Notes: generated by a model not told the origin, from the sequence alone. 64,000 nucleotides of DNA from Microcoleus sp. (GCA_052279835.1 CP181291.1:3552001-3616000); one strand, 5' to 3'. Counted from the first letter of the stretch, positions 41,204-52,710 are shown. Program-made: numbers and translations.

Positions 41204-42110
41204 TTAGGGCTTAGTCGTAGTCGCCGCGGGCTTCTTTTGAGAGTTATTCAGTCCATTGAGAAACATGGGCACAAACTTCTCCACAAATGCCTGGGGGTCA
41301 CGATTCCAGGCCCGCTGAGCCACATCAACCCTAGTCATTTGCAAATCCGGGGCCAACAAAGTTGCCGGTAGGCGTTCCATCAAGTATTGGGGGCGTTCCC
41401 ACAGGGGCATTGTATTAGCAATATCCACCAGGCGGGTGACACGGCGCAGTTTCTGCCCCCAGCATGATATCCATTCCCGATGCAAATGCAGCTTGTTCGA
41501 TCGCCGCATACTTGCGTTTCGCCCGTTCCACCTTCTGGGCGTGGGCTGGGCTCTTGGCTGCTATGTTTCCCAACCACCGATTTCCCCAGCGGACGTGGCC
41601 TGCTTCTTCGGGAAAAATCTTTTCGATAGTTTCGCGGATTTTGACGTTTTCGTCAGTTTGCGGAGCATTTTTCAGGGCGTGGATGTGCGCTCCGAAGTAT
41701 TCGCAGCCCCGCTTTTCGGTGACATTAATCGCCGCTAGGGAAGAAATTACAAAATCTTCGCGGTCCTTGGTGGGGTCTTTCTGTTCGCTGTCGAAGAGTC
41801 TTTCAAACTCGTCGATGTAGGATACTCCCGGCGGCTTGCCCACATTTTGGCCCAAGTCTACCAGCAAGTCAGTCAGCCACATGGCGTGCCGCGCTTCGTC
41901 GGAAATGTGCCGCGACAGATCGCGCACGAGTTCGGCTGGTTCCCCGTCTAGCTGTTCGATCAAGTCGGTGAGGTCTTTGCAACTGCGCTGTTCGCTAAAG
42001 CGGTAGCGGTTGAGAGTGATCAGGTGAATTTCGCGATCGCGCACGACTTGAGCTAAAACTTCACGGGCTCCCATGCCATTGCGAAGCTTGCGGGGATAAG
42101 CTACGGTCAT
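41204..42110 (-). pseudogene. Ferritin-like domain protein split by a +1 frameshift at ~41451
   Basis: DEARHA and EEAGHV di-iron motifs in ORF 41415-42110. Removing one A from GCAGAAACTG joins ...MLGAE to LRRVTRLVDIANTMPLW of ORF 41204-41509. Confidence 0.75.
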
Positions 42111-42225
42111 TGTTTTATGTTTTTTTGTAAAGATACTTGTATAAGTGTAACGCAGTTTTTCGGCTTCCTAATTCACTCGCAGGGTAGAAGTTTTTTTGTA
42201 AGTAACTTTAACTCTTATAGTTGTT

Positions 42226-42295
42226 GGTTATTGGTTATTGGTTATTGGTTATTGGTTATTGGTTATTGGTTATTGGTTATTGGTTATTGGTTATT
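42226..42295. repeat. STRR heptamer tandem repeat (GGTTATT)n
   Basis: About 10 perfect units; smaller heptamer runs at ~27594, ~36880 and ~53769. Confidence 0.9.
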
Positions 42296-42443
42296 TGTTA
42301 ATCGGGCAATTTTAGACTTTAAATTTCATAGGACTTACGCAAAAAACCCGGTTTATGAAGGTCCTTGCCTCTTTTGACTTTGAGGGCGATCGCCACAAAC
42401 CGGGTTTTTTAGGTTAATAGTCCGTCCAGGACAGACGAACTAT

Positions 42444-43865
42444 CTAACAGTCGTAGTATAAAGCAAACTCGTAGGGGTGAGGACGTAACCGCATCGGGTT
42501 AACTTCATTATCGAGTTTGTAAGAAATCCAAGTTTTGATGAAATCTTCGGTAAATACCCCAGTATCAGTCAAGAAAGCATGGTCTTTTTCCAAAGCTTCC
42601 AGAGCACCTTCCAAGGAACCGGGAGTCGAAGGAATTTTGCTCAATTCTTCCGGGGATAAATCGTAGATATCCACATCCAAAGGTTCACCCGGATCGATTT
42701 GATTCTTGATGCCGTCTAAACCCGCGCACAGCATGGCTGCAAAGGCTAAATAGGGATTGGAAGTGGCATCGGGACAGCGGAATTCTAAGCGCTTAGCTTT
42801 GGGGTTAGTTCCCGACAAGGGAATCCGTACTGAGGCCGATCGATTTCCTTGAGAATAAGCTAAGTTTACAGGGGCTTCAAAACCGGGAACTAACCGTTTG
42901 TAGGAATTAGTTGTGGGATTTGTGATTGCCAAAAGTGCCGGGGCGTGCTTGAGAATACCGCCGATGTAATGCAGTCCCATTTGACTGAAACCAGCATATT
43001 GGTCGCCAGCAAATAACGGTTGACCGTCTTTCCAAATTGACTGGTGAACGTGCATCCCGGAACCGTTGTCGTTAAACAATGGTTTGGGCATGAAGGTGAT
43101 GGTTTTGCCGTATTTTCTGCCGACGTTTTTGATGACGTATTTGTAAGTTAACAAATAGTCTGCGGCTTTGACTAAAGTGTCGAAGCGGAAGCCGAGTTCG
43201 CACTGGCCGCCGGTGGCGACTTCGTGGTGGTGCTTTTCAATGGGTACGCCACATTTTGCCATTGTCAGCAGCATTTCCGTTCTCATGTCTTGAGAGGTAT
43301 CGGTTGGTGCTACCGGGAAATAACCTTCTTTGTAACGTGGTTTGTAGCCGAGGTTGCCGCCCGGTTCTTCTTTGCCGGAATTCCAACGTCCTTCTACAGA
43401 GTCTACATAGTAATAGCCACTGTTTTGGGTTTGGTCGAAGCGAACATCGTCAAAAATGAAGAATTCTGCTTCCGGGCCAAAAAATGCGGTATCGCCGAGA
43501 CCGGTGCTAACTAAGTAATCTACGGCTTTTTGGGCTATGGTGCGGGGACATCGGCTGTAGGGTTCGCCTGTGCGCGGTTCTTTGATGCTGCAAATGAAGC
43601 TGATGGTGGGTTCTGCCATGAACGGGTCGATCCAAGCGGTGGTAGGATCGATGACCATTGTCATGTCTGATTCGTTGATGGCTTTCCAGCCCCGAATGCT
43701 GGAACCGTCGAAGGGTACGCCGTCTGTGAAGGCGGTTTCGTCGATTTGGTCGTGGAACAGGGATAGGTGTTGCCAGATCCCCGGCATATCGATGAATTTG
43801 AGGTCAACGATCTGGATGTTATTTTCTTTTATGTAGTTTAAGGCTTCTTGGGGTGTCTGGAACAT
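42444..43865 (-). CDS. glnA: Glutamine synthetase type I
   Basis: [42 protein letters not shown]. Confidence 0.98.
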   Translation of the reverse strand: MFQTPQEALNYIKENNIQIVDLKFIDMPGIWQHLSLFHDQIDETAFTDGVPFDGSSIRGWKAINESDMTMVIDPTTAWIDPFMAEPTISFICSIKEPRTGEPYSRCPRTIAQKAVDYLVSTGLGDTAFFGPEAEFFIFDDVRFDQTQNSGYYYVDSVEGRWNSGKEEPGGNLGYKPRYKEGYFPVAPTDTSQDMRTEMLLTMAKCGVPIEKHHHEVATGGQCELGFRFDTLVKAADYLLTYKYVIKNVGRKYGKTITFMPKPLFNDNGSGMHVHQSIWKDGQPLFAGDQYAGFSQMGLHYIGGILKHAPALLAITNPTTNSYKRLVPGFEAPVNLAYSQGNRSASVRIPLSGTNPKAKRLEFRCPDATSNPYLAFAAMLCAGLDGIKNQIDPGEPLDVDIYDLSPEELSKIPSTPGSLEGALEALEKDHAFLTDTGVFTEDFIKTWISYKLDNEVNPMRLRPHPYEFALYYDC

Positions 43866-43894
43866 GGCTTACTCCTGATATTGGGTTGGTCTGG

Positions 43895-43923
43895 GCGATC
43901 CTCTTCGAGGGCTTCGCTAACGG
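43895..43923. mobile_element. 21-nt SDR5-like insertion in a HIP1-like site
   Basis: GCGAT[cctcttcgagggcttcgctaa]CGG; identical 21-mer at 59827-59847. Confidence 0.7.
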
Positions 43924-43945
43924 CAGATTTCAGACTATTTGGCCG

Positions 43946-43988
43946 ATAATAGGCATTCATTACTGGTTTTTTTGTATCTTTCAATACA
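43946..43988 (-). promoter_or_regulatory. Class II NtcA-activated promoter of glnA
   Basis: TGTA-N8-TACA at 43973-43988, then a 22-nt spacer and TATTAT (-10) at 43951-43946 on the minus strand. Confidence 0.88.
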
Positions 43989-44217
43989 TTTTTTCAAAAG
44001 TGAGAGGGTTGCGACACAGTTCCCTCGTGTTCTGTTGTCGATTTTCGGTTGAAGATACAAGCTATGCGACAAAGTTTTGGTGGTTCGGTCAGAGATTTAC
44101 TACCGTTCATCAAAATCCTATCTCAAATCTTAATCAAAGGCCGATTTGTAGTAGTCTACAATAGGCGGTCTGTCTCAGATAGCAAAGTATTGATAAAGAT
44201 TTTTGGGAGAGAAACTT

Positions 44218-44727
44218 ATGCGCGATGCAGTGACGAGTCTGATTGAAAATTATGATGTTGCTGGTAGGTATTTAGACCGAGATGGTATCGATCGGTTGAA
44301 ATCTTATTTTGCAACGGGTACAGCACGAGTACAAGCAGCAGCAGCAATTAACAGTAATGCAGCGGCTATTGTCAAGCAAGCTGGTATTGAATTATTCGCT
44401 CAACAACCGGAACTGATCCGTCCGGGTGGAAATGCTTACACGACTCGTCGCTATGCGGCTTGTCTGCGGGATATGGACTACTACTTGCGCTATGCTACTT
44501 ACGCTCTAGTGGCTGGCAGTACAGACGTGCTTGATGAGCGGGTTCTGCAAGGGCTACGGGAAACTTACAATTCACTGAGTGTACCCATTGGCCCGACGGT
44601 GATGGGGATCGGGATTATGAAGGAAATGGTTAAGGCTCAAGTTCAAGCTGCTGGCTTGACTGTGGGGCCTTTTCTGGAGCAGCCTTTTGATTACATGATT
44701 CGCGAATTGAGCGAACAGGATATCTAA
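44218..44727 (+). CDS. apcF: Allophycocyanin beta-18 subunit
   Basis: MRDAVTSLIENYDVAGRYLDR, PGGNAYTTRRYAACLRDMDYYLRY; 169 aa; divergent from glnA. Confidence 0.92.
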   Translation: MRDAVTSLIENYDVAGRYLDRDGIDRLKSYFATGTARVQAAAAINSNAAAIVKQAGIELFAQQPELIRPGGNAYTTRRYAACLRDMDYYLRYATYALVAGSTDVLDERVLQGLRETYNSLSVPIGPTVMGIGIMKEMVKAQVQAAGLTVGPFLEQPFDYMIRELSEQDI

Positions 44728-44976
44728 GTCAGTTTGCTAGTGATTGGTAATTGGTAGTGGCGCTTCGCCACTCTCCAATATCAATTGTTAATTTTTGTCA
44801 ATTTTGACTTAATAACTAGCAGTTTGATGTATCTAAATTTAAGCCCTTAATATTGCAAAGAGACTGGTAATTTTTTGCCAGTCTTTTTTCAAAAAAAAAG
44901 GAAGTTGTGCTGGTGGGTTTGTGTAAATTGGGTCGATCGCATCACAGCATCAAAGGCTGCGATCGTTGTTCAAGGA

Positions 44977-45189
44977 CTAAAAATCGCCGATACGTCCCCA
45001 GACGAGACATTTGTCCAGGGGAATTTTAGTTTGGCGGCGATCGACTTGTTCGACAGTTGTTGCTTCTACATCCCCATTAGGGTAGAGAATATGAATTATC
45101 TTACCGCTGACAAATGCCATAGGATTCTCTTGACAATTGTCCGTATTTCTGATAGGGAAGTTAAAGTTTTTCATGGTTGAGCGATGCAC
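44977..45189 (-). CDS. Small hypothetical protein
   Basis: Stand-alone ORF in an intergenic gap; no recognised motif. Confidence 0.35.
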   Translation of the reverse strand: MHRSTMKNFNFPIRNTDNCQENPMAFVSGKIIHILYPNGDVEATTVEQVDRRQTKIPLDKCLVWGRIGDF

Positions 45190-45479
45190 GTCTAATCAGT
45201 CGGAAATAGGGCATTGGTTGACAAAAAGCATTTGATTTGTAACGGTTTGACCTATGGTTACATCATCTTTTAGTCACCAAGCTTTCAGTGCGATCGCACA
45301 AAGGTATATCTGTGATAAAAGTACACGCATCCCGTGATAGAAGTCACAAAAACTGGGGTGAGGGAAAATACCCATCACCCCGTGTTTTGGTTTAGTCCTG
45401 ATGCTGCGTGCTACGGATCTGTTGTTTGGCAGATGTCTAATTCAACTATTGTTAACCCGATCTTTAAACATTAAAAACC

Positions 45480-46322
45480 TTGGCTAAACAACGACTAGAC
45501 ACTTTATTAGTCAACCTAAATTTGTGTACTTCCCGACAACAAGCTCAAGCTTTGATTCGCACGGGAAAAGTTGCAGTCAACCATCAGGTAGTTGACAAAC
45601 CGGGCACAGAGGTTGATATTTCAGCCCAAATTCAAATTAAAGAGCGATCGCGCTACGTTTCTAGAGGCGGCGAAAAATTAGCTAAAGCATTAGAAGTTTT
45701 TGCGATTCCCGTTACAGATAGAATTTGTCTCGACGGCGGCATTTCCACAGGGGGTTTTACCGACTGTTTGCTGCAAGCGGGCGCAGCCAAAGTCTATGGG
45801 ATAGATGTGGGTTACGGTCAAGCAGATTGGGGCTTGCGGAACGATCCGAGGGTAATTTTGAAAGAACGCACCAATTTGCGCTACATGACGGCTACAGAAC
45901 TCTATGGCGACTCTCAGCGAGCAGATTTGGCGGTAGTAGATGTGTCGTTTATTTCCCTGGATAAAGTTTTACCAGCGCTGTGGGAGTTGTTAGCACCACC
46001 GCGAGAAGCCGTGTTGCTGGTAAAGCCACAGTTTGAAGTTGGGCGCGAGAGAGTAGGGAAAAAAGGGGTAGTGCGAGATTCCGCCACCCAAGCCGATGCG
46101 ATTTTCCAAGTGTGGAAAGCAGCCACTGCTTTAGGATGGGAACAACGGGGCTTAACTTGGTCGCCTTTACTTGGCCCGGCTGGCAATATCGAGTATCTTT
46201 TATGGTTGGGGAGCGATCGTCAACAGCAGTCGGAGCAAAATACTGTGGAAGATAGTGTTATGAAAGAACGGATCGCAGAAGTGACAAAGGGAGCAAAGGG
46301 GGAACTGATCGATAAATTTTAG
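45480..46322 (+). CDS. tlyA: TlyA family rRNA 2'-O-methyltransferase
   Basis: S4 domain, YVSRGGEKL, ISTGGFTD, DVSFISL, KPQFE, GNIEY. Confidence 0.95.
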   Translation: MAKQRLDTLLVNLNLCTSRQQAQALIRTGKVAVNHQVVDKPGTEVDISAQIQIKERSRYVSRGGEKLAKALEVFAIPVTDRICLDGGISTGGFTDCLLQAGAAKVYGIDVGYGQADWGLRNDPRVILKERTNLRYMTATELYGDSQRADLAVVDVSFISLDKVLPALWELLAPPREAVLLVKPQFEVGRERVGKKGVVRDSATQADAIFQVWKAATALGWEQRGLTWSPLLGPAGNIEYLLWLGSDRQQQSEQNTVEDSVMKERIAEVTKGAKGELIDKF

Positions 46323-46469
46323 ATTTTAGATTTAGCAACCTTCGGATGTGACACTCGTTGACGATAGATTGCTGAAACATAATATAAAATCCTTTCTATA
46401 CGGGAGAAATAAAAAAATTGAGTTCACTGATAAATCGGTTTTTTAACCTTTTACTTAACTAATAACTTC

Positions 46470-47159
46470 ATGCAGTCATTCAAACAAGTTGGTTCGCTTT
46501 TTTTGTACCTGTTAGGTGCTATCGGCTATATAGCTAGTGCAGCGATGATTGTGGGGATTTCAGTGCTGATCAAATTTGTCGCTCTGATGTTGGCAGATAA
46601 AATTTTATATACTATTTTTATTATCGGCGATTTGTTGAGAGGCATCGAAGTTATTGAATTATTAAATATCTTAGTGTTTGCTTTCATCGGCATGGGGTTT
46701 GGTTTGGCTACCCGACTTTTAAAACCTGAATATGGTCGCCAAGTTAGTGCTATTTTGTTGATTTTGATAGTTCCTTTTGTGTTCATGAGTACGCCGATAA
46801 TTCGCTACAATTCTTGGTTAGATAAAGTTGAAGAGTCGGAGAACTTATCACCGGATGAAGCTACCAAAATCACTAACGTATTTTTGAAAAAACAGATAGG
46901 AGTTCCCGGCTTCTTTGGTTATTATTTATATACAGGTCAGTTTCCAGTGATTCCTACGACTCAATCACAGATGAAAGACCTCGATAGCTTTGAAAAAAAA
47001 GTTAACTCCCGATTTGTGCAGTTAACAGGTGCTGCGCCCACTATTGTTTCTTGGTCGATGTTGATTTGTTTTTGGCTGATTAGACTATTTTATTTTGCGA
47101 TCGCAGTAATTGCTACGATTGCCCACTTTAGGCAAGGCGTGGTGATTGCTAGAAGGTAA
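46470..47159 (+). CDS. Hypothetical membrane protein
   Basis: Several hydrophobic segments. Confidence 0.75.
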   Translation: MQSFKQVGSLFLYLLGAIGYIASAAMIVGISVLIKFVALMLADKILYTIFIIGDLLRGIEVIELLNILVFAFIGMGFGLATRLLKPEYGRQVSAILLILIVPFVFMSTPIIRYNSWLDKVEESENLSPDEATKITNVFLKKQIGVPGFFGYYLYTGQFPVIPTTQSQMKDLDSFEKKVNSRFVQLTGAAPTIVSWSMLICFWLIRLFYFAIAVIATIAHFRQGVVIARR

Positions 47160-47170
47160 AAGGTTAATTT

Positions 47171-48610
47171 TTACTTACCAATTTTTAACTCTTGTTGTAG
47201 GCGATCGACAATTGTATCACGTTCTATGGTACCGAGAATTTCTTGAATTACCGTATCTTGTCCCAAGGGGCCCCAAGTGCAGCCTTTTTCTAAATAAACT
47301 TGGGCGGCACGACCCACAGCATAGGTTCCGTAAGCTGCTAAACTAGCTTGAGTTACCGCAACTCCTGCAAAAGTAGAAAAGCCAATTTGAGGAGCAGCAA
47401 TCGCCGCGCTTTTCCCGAATCCCAACAAAAAACTACTACCTAATTCTCCCAAAAGTACGCCACCGGCACTCGAAAAAATAGTTTGCCAAAGTTTCCCCGC
47501 TTCATAGCCAGTCATGGGTAAACCGTAAAGTCTGGATAAAGAGCGAATTAAGGCTAAATCAGCGACAGTTGCTCCCATGACATCGAGGAAAGCAATCGGA
47601 TTTAAGCCCACAGCCAAAGCTTTATATTTCGCAAATTGCCAGATTAAATCCTCGGCTTCGGTATGTCGCAATTTGAGAATTTGATGGGCAATATTTGCCT
47701 CTGCGTCTCTAGCTTCCATTAAAGCATTGAGAGCGAGGAGCGATCGACCTTCTCGGTTAAGAATCGTGAAAATAGTCTGTTTGAGCTCATCTATCTGCGG
47801 CGGCGGCGACTCCCACTCGTGGGTTATGCTCCCATCAGGCCATTCAATCCGCACCTGCATCGGTGCCGGTTCCGCCGCTACCATGACTATTTCTAAGGAT
47901 TTGGGATTATTTGTAGTAGATTTAGGCGAGGGATTGTTGGAGGATAAATTTTCGCTATCAGATTTATCTTTCACCCCATCGGTGGCTAAGTTTTCCCTAT
48001 TACTTCCGAGATTTTGCAAACTTTTATAAATAGTTTGCCTATCTAATTCTGGATAGAGGTCTATTTTATTGAAAACTAAAATTAGCGGTTTTTGAGATGT
48101 TTGTAATTCGCACAGTGCTTGATATTCAGTGCGGGTGATATCGCCAGCGACGACAAACAAAATTAAGTCAGCTTGGCGAGAGACTTGCTTCGCCATATCG
48201 CCCCGCACTTCGCCACCAACTTCATCAATTCCTGGAGTATCAATTAATTCTATTTGCACTTTTTCTGGGTCTTTTGTGCCAGAAATAGCCGGAATTGTCC
48301 AAGCCACGGAACGGGGCCACTGAGTCACACCGTTGAGAGGGCCTGTTTGCAGAATTTTTTTACCTAAAAGCGCGTTTAAGACGGCTGACTTGCCACGGCT
48401 GACTAAACCAAAGGTAGCAATACGAATGATATTTTGGTTAAGTTTTTCTGAGGTAGAATTTAAGATATCTAACTGATTTTGTAGCGTAGCTGCCAATTCT
48501 GTATTTGAGTTGTTTTTGCTTTTACGCAAGTTAGAGTAGCGCGCCAGGGATTGGCGCAAACTGGCGCGGGCAAGGGATAAGCGATGGTCTTGAATCGATT
48601 TGTCAGCCAT
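47171..48610 (-). CDS. GTP-binding protein with DUF697 C-terminus
   Basis: GLVSRGKS, DTPG, NKID. Confidence 0.88.
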   Translation of the reverse strand: MADKSIQDHRLSLARASLRQSLARYSNLRKSKNNSNTELAATLQNQLDILNSTSEKLNQNIIRIATFGLVSRGKSAVLNALLGKKILQTGPLNGVTQWPRSVAWTIPAISGTKDPEKVQIELIDTPGIDEVGGEVRGDMAKQVSRQADLILFVVAGDITRTEYQALCELQTSQKPLILVFNKIDLYPELDRQTIYKSLQNLGSNRENLATDGVKDKSDSENLSSNNPSPKSTTNNPKSLEIVMVAAEPAPMQVRIEWPDGSITHEWESPPPQIDELKQTIFTILNREGRSLLALNALMEARDAEANIAHQILKLRHTEAEDLIWQFAKYKALAVGLNPIAFLDVMGATVADLALIRSLSRLYGLPMTGYEAGKLWQTIFSSAGGVLLGELGSSFLLGFGKSAAIAAPQIGFSTFAGVAVTQASLAAYGTYAVGRAAQVYLEKGCTWGPLGQDTVIQEILGTIERDTIVDRLQQELKIGK

Positions 48611-48904
48611 TGGCGATCGGCTTTATTAAGCAAGTATAATTGAGTATCTAACTAGAGATATTCCGATCCATTTTAGTACAAATTTTCATAATTTGCTAAA
48701 CTTTAAATTCCTCTCTGCATCAGAATTATTCAATTGTCTCAAATATCTCTCTGTGTTCTCTGCGCCCTCTGTGGTTAAATAATCACAATACAACAGTCAA
48801 CGAGATCACCTCTATTGCACGTTCCACAATCACAAAAGTTTTGGGTGGAACAGGCTGGAAGACCTGTTCCTAATATACAGTACAAAATATGACTAATATT
48901 GTAC

Positions 48905-50353
48905 TTAATTGAGAGCTGAATTAACTGCTTCGGGCTGAGATGTTGGCGGTGCCAGACGACTAGCCATTTGGTTGATGAAAGATTGCAAGAACGAAACTTG
49001 CTGATTTTGTTGAAATACCGCTTGCAAAGTTTTAGTCAACAGGTCTATATTGAAACTACTATTTACAGCAGTTTCCAGTTCTCGACTTTGGAAATATTCC
49101 ACTAAACTGAGTCCAGCTATGCGAGTAAAATAGGCTGCACTAATTCCTTGCACTGCGCCTCCAGCGACAAAAGTTACAGCATTGCTTTTGAGCAATCCCG
49201 CAATAGTTTGAGTAGACAATTCAACTAATCCCAATTTCAACATTTGGGTAGCCAAAGTTGCCGCTACTGTCTTAGCTTGGTCTAGGGAAAACTTTTGCTG
49301 ATAAATAGTGCCGAGATCGATTACAAGTTGGGTACTGATGGCAGTGGTTGCTAACAAGTCTAAGGCTGCAACGGGATTAGCAAAAACGGCGGCGGCGGCG
49401 ATATATTGATATTGCTCGATGATGGGCATTGCCCGATCGCGCCTGACTGCATTTAATAAAGTTTTTGCTTCCTGTTTAACACTTCCAGCGCCCCGCACTG
49501 TATGAGCCCACACCAATTGTTGTCTTTCTGCGGTTAAGATTTCCGTCAGTTTTGCCGTCAAAGGCTGAATTTGAGTTCCGGGATTTTCCATCCGTTCGCT
49601 GATTGTGCCATCAGCTTGATGCTGCCGCACTTTCAGGGAATTAGGGTTCGCTGCGATCGCAATTATATCTTCTTTCGGCAGTAGGCCGTCCATTTTTTCC
49701 TGCAAAGAATGCAAAATTTGGGACTGCTGTGCTGGCAAATATTGGTCTTGTTTGTTCCAAACTAGCAAGAAACGTTGACCTGCTAAAACTAGCTGAGATA
49801 ATACTTGAAATTCCGAATCCCTAATGTCGCCTGCTGTCACAAATAGCACTAAATCATCGCTGATTTTAGCATCGGCATTGGTGCTAGTAAATAGCGGGGT
49901 TGTTTCTTGGAAAGTCAGCTTTTGTGGCTGTTGGGATGTCCAGTCAGAATTCAAAGCTTGAATTAAGGTACTTTTGCCTACTGCTTTGCCGCCAGTGACA
50001 CTAATTCTCAAATCTGGTCTATCTAATTCGGCTGTGAGTCGATCGAGCTGTGCTTTAAGCATAGCTGGAGATTCGGATATTTGAGCTTCAGAAGCCAGCA
50101 AATTAATCGAGCTTTCTGCCGCCCCGATCGCCTTTAAGGCTGCTTCCCTGTTGGCCAGGGCTTCGGGGAGTGGAAGTTCTAGTGTAGGCGATTGTCGCTG
50201 CCACCACCAATATCCGGCGCTAGCGGCCACCAAGCCGATGAGTGCCGTTTCGCCCATTTCTGAAACCGAGTGCTGTAGACTTTCTAACAGCCAGAGTGCT
50301 GCTGAGAGTCCGATTCCGCCAATTAAAACCGGTCGCCGCAAGTTAAGTGTCAT
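48905..50353 (-). CDS. YcjF/DUF697 family GTPase-like protein
   Basis: GGKAVGKS, NKQD, ANPVAALDLLATTAI. Confidence 0.82.
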   Translation of the reverse strand: MTLNLRRPVLIGGIGLSAALWLLESLQHSVSEMGETALIGLVAASAGYWWWQRQSPTLELPLPEALANREAALKAIGAAESSINLLASEAQISESPAMLKAQLDRLTAELDRPDLRISVTGGKAVGKSTLIQALNSDWTSQQPQKLTFQETTPLFTSTNADAKISDDLVLFVTAGDIRDSEFQVLSQLVLAGQRFLLVWNKQDQYLPAQQSQILHSLQEKMDGLLPKEDIIAIAANPNSLKVRQHQADGTISERMENPGTQIQPLTAKLTEILTAERQQLVWAHTVRGAGSVKQEAKTLLNAVRRDRAMPIIEQYQYIAAAAVFANPVAALDLLATTAISTQLVIDLGTIYQQKFSLDQAKTVAATLATQMLKLGLVELSTQTIAGLLKSNAVTFVAGGAVQGISAAYFTRIAGLSLVEYFQSRELETAVNSSFNIDLLTKTLQAVFQQNQQVSFLQSFINQMASRLAPPTSQPEAVNSALN

Positions 50354-50574
50354 TTTTCCCTTCCTGTGGGTGTTCCCGCCAAGCTTAACTTTACCGGGCT
50401 TGGCATTCCCCCTAGATTCCATCGTACCTCAAGACATTGTGAACTAGCCGATGGCGATCGCGAGTTAAATTTTTGATTAAAAAAAATCGAGCAACCATAG
50501 CAATTAAAGCAGTCTGGCTGCTCACCAGGGACTTAACCACTGCTTAATTTGGGAAAATTTCGATGACTGCTTTT

Positions 50575-51657
50575 CTAGTCTCCGAGGCAAATTTCCAAAC
50601 CACGGGCTGTTTTTACCAGAGTACCATCGAACTCTACTGCTCTGTATTTGGCGATCGCATCTTCCAAGGGAACGCTAACAACTTCCCGTTTTTGCCAAGA
50701 TACCATGCAATCGTATTTTTCTTCAGCAATTAAATCAACTGCTGCTACTCCAAAAGCCGAAGCAATTAATCTTTCTAGCGGTGAAGGCGTTCCTCCTCGT
50801 TGAATGTGTCCCAAAACAGTAACGCGAGTTTCCGCGCCGCTACAGTCAGAAATTTGATCGGCTAAATACTGACCGATACCACCCAACCGACTTTGACCTA
50901 ATCGATTTGTCTGCATCACTAATTCGCCTGCTTCAGTGCGAACTGCCTCAGCTACTACAATTAAACAGTAGTTTTTTCCCTGTGATTGACGTTCTTGAAT
51001 TTTGGCACAAATTTTGGAAATTGTGTAAGGAATTTCGGGAATCAAAATGATATCAGCGCCCCCAGCAATGCCCGCACTAATCGCAATATGTCCCGCATCG
51101 CGTCCCATGACTTCAATAATCATGACGCGACTGTGACTGGCTGCGGTAAAATGCAAGCGGTCTAGTGCTTCAGTGGCAATATTAACAGCAGTATCAAACC
51201 CGATGGAACGCTCGGTAATACCGACATCATTATCAATAGTTTTAGGAATAGCAACTAAGTTCAACTTGCCTTGTTGAGCAATCTTCCTGAGAATAGCTAG
51301 ACTACCATCGCCACCAATGCCAATTAGGGCATCTAAACCGAGTAGATGATAGCCTTCGATAATATCATCAGAGCGATCGCGCAAAGTCCCATCGGACATG
51401 GGATATGCAAAAGGATTACCCTGATTAGTCGTCCCTAGCATCGTACCGCCAATAGTCCGCCAATCGTCTACTTTTTCAATATCCAAAGGAATTGCTTGAG
51501 GGGGACGACTCATTAAGCCATTGGTGGCCTGACGAATCCCGATCACCTTCCAATTGTAAGTTGCTGTTGCGCGGTACACAACGGCTCGAATCACTGCATT
51601 TAAACCTGCACAGTCACCCCCACTGGTAAGGATGCCGATGCACTTTTGTTGTCCCAT
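50575..51657 (-). CDS. pfkA: 6-phosphofructokinase
   Basis: TSGGDCAGLN, IGGDGS, PKTIDND, EVMGR, LGHIQRGG. Confidence 0.95.
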   Translation of the reverse strand: MGQQKCIGILTSGGDCAGLNAVIRAVVYRATATYNWKVIGIRQATNGLMSRPPQAIPLDIEKVDDWRTIGGTMLGTTNQGNPFAYPMSDGTLRDRSDDIIEGYHLLGLDALIGIGGDGSLAILRKIAQQGKLNLVAIPKTIDNDVGITERSIGFDTAVNIATEALDRLHFTAASHSRVMIIEVMGRDAGHIAISAGIAGGADIILIPEIPYTISKICAKIQERQSQGKNYCLIVVAEAVRTEAGELVMQTNRLGQSRLGGIGQYLADQISDCSGAETRVTVLGHIQRGGTPSPLERLIASAFGVAAVDLIAEEKYDCMVSWQKREVVSVPLEDAIAKYRAVEFDGTLVKTARGLEICLGD

Positions 51658-51694
51658 AGTTGATAATTAGAAGGAAGAAGGAAGTTAGTCCAAT

Positions 51695-51937
51695 TTACTT
51701 GGGATTGAGACGCTTAGAAACTTGGTTAATAATCCCACTAAGAATAGCGCCTCCCATGAGAATTCCTAGGGCGGGATTAAATACAGGCTGCCAGAGACTG
51801 TACCACAGGTCGAAACCGAGATTGACACCGGTCGATCTACCTAATACTGCGATCGCAAACCAAGCAAAGCTAGCAAAGACAAAAAATACGTCAGCGACTA
51901 AAACTATGTTCAGCCAGTTCATAAATTTCTCTTTCAT
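51695..51937 (-). CDS. Small conserved two-TM protein
   Basis: LW..LWQPVFNPALGILM.GA motif. Confidence 0.7.
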   Translation of the reverse strand: MKEKFMNWLNIVLVADVFFVFASFAWFAIAVLGRSTGVNLGFDLWYSLWQPVFNPALGILMGGAILSGIINQVSKRLNPK

Positions 51938-52076
51938 TATGTTAGAGTTCCTTGTGAGTATATGTCTGTTAACTTTTGAAAACCGATTTGGCCGCTTGAC
52001 AGGAGTGATAGCTGCAACTGACGATCGAATCAAGATAAAATATCATTAATTGTTGTCGCACAAAGGCTGTCAAAAT

Positions 52077-52583
52077 ATGGTTCGCTATACACTTCCTCAA
52101 AGCCCCGAAACTATTTTAACTGTTAAAGGGAAAGATTCAGCCAAAGCCCGCGAAGAAGCTATGGATCAGCTTATGCAGCTTATCGACTCTGACAAGCTAC
52201 CTACAGAGCTCCAAGAAGGATTTGGCCCAAAACAGTTTGTGGAAGTTAAAGATATGGAAGATGCGACATCTGAAACCGAGGATGCGATTACCGAAGCAAT
52301 ACAGATTTTGAGCAATTTGGCAAGTCTCAAATTGAAAGTCATGGAATCCCGCGAAGAAGCCCTAAAAATCCGGGCTGCGATCGATATTTTATTTACAGAT
52401 GAGGCTGTCAGTGCTGAGGAAATCACCAATCTCAAAGACGGTTTCAAGGTGCTGAAAAACTTCGCCCAAGCTAATGTCCGCTATCGAGAAGCTAGGAGTA
52501 AAGCAGAGTCAGCCCGTGCAATTTTAGACGAAGCTTTGCAATCTCCTGAATCTGAAAACAAAGCCTCAAAATCTGCCAAATAA
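52077..52583 (+). CDS. Conserved hypothetical protein
   Basis: GKDSAKAREEAMDQL; helical composition. Confidence 0.75.
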   Translation: MVRYTLPQSPETILTVKGKDSAKAREEAMDQLMQLIDSDKLPTELQEGFGPKQFVEVKDMEDATSETEDAITEAIQILSNLASLKLKVMESREEALKIRAAIDILFTDEAVSAEEITNLKDGFKVLKNFAQANVRYREARSKAESARAILDEALQSPESENKASKSAK

Positions 52584-52710
52584 GGATTTTAGTTAATCCT
52601 CTGGTGCGTCGCCACTATTCAATCTGCAAATTCCATCGAAAATCTCATAGCGACGCACCCTACACAATGATTGAAATTTGTCTAATCAGGATGCCTGATT
52701 CCGGGAACTA

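Noticed and set aside
42117..42377. ORF with WLLVIGY repeats
   Set aside because: Translation of the (GGTTATT)n STRR.
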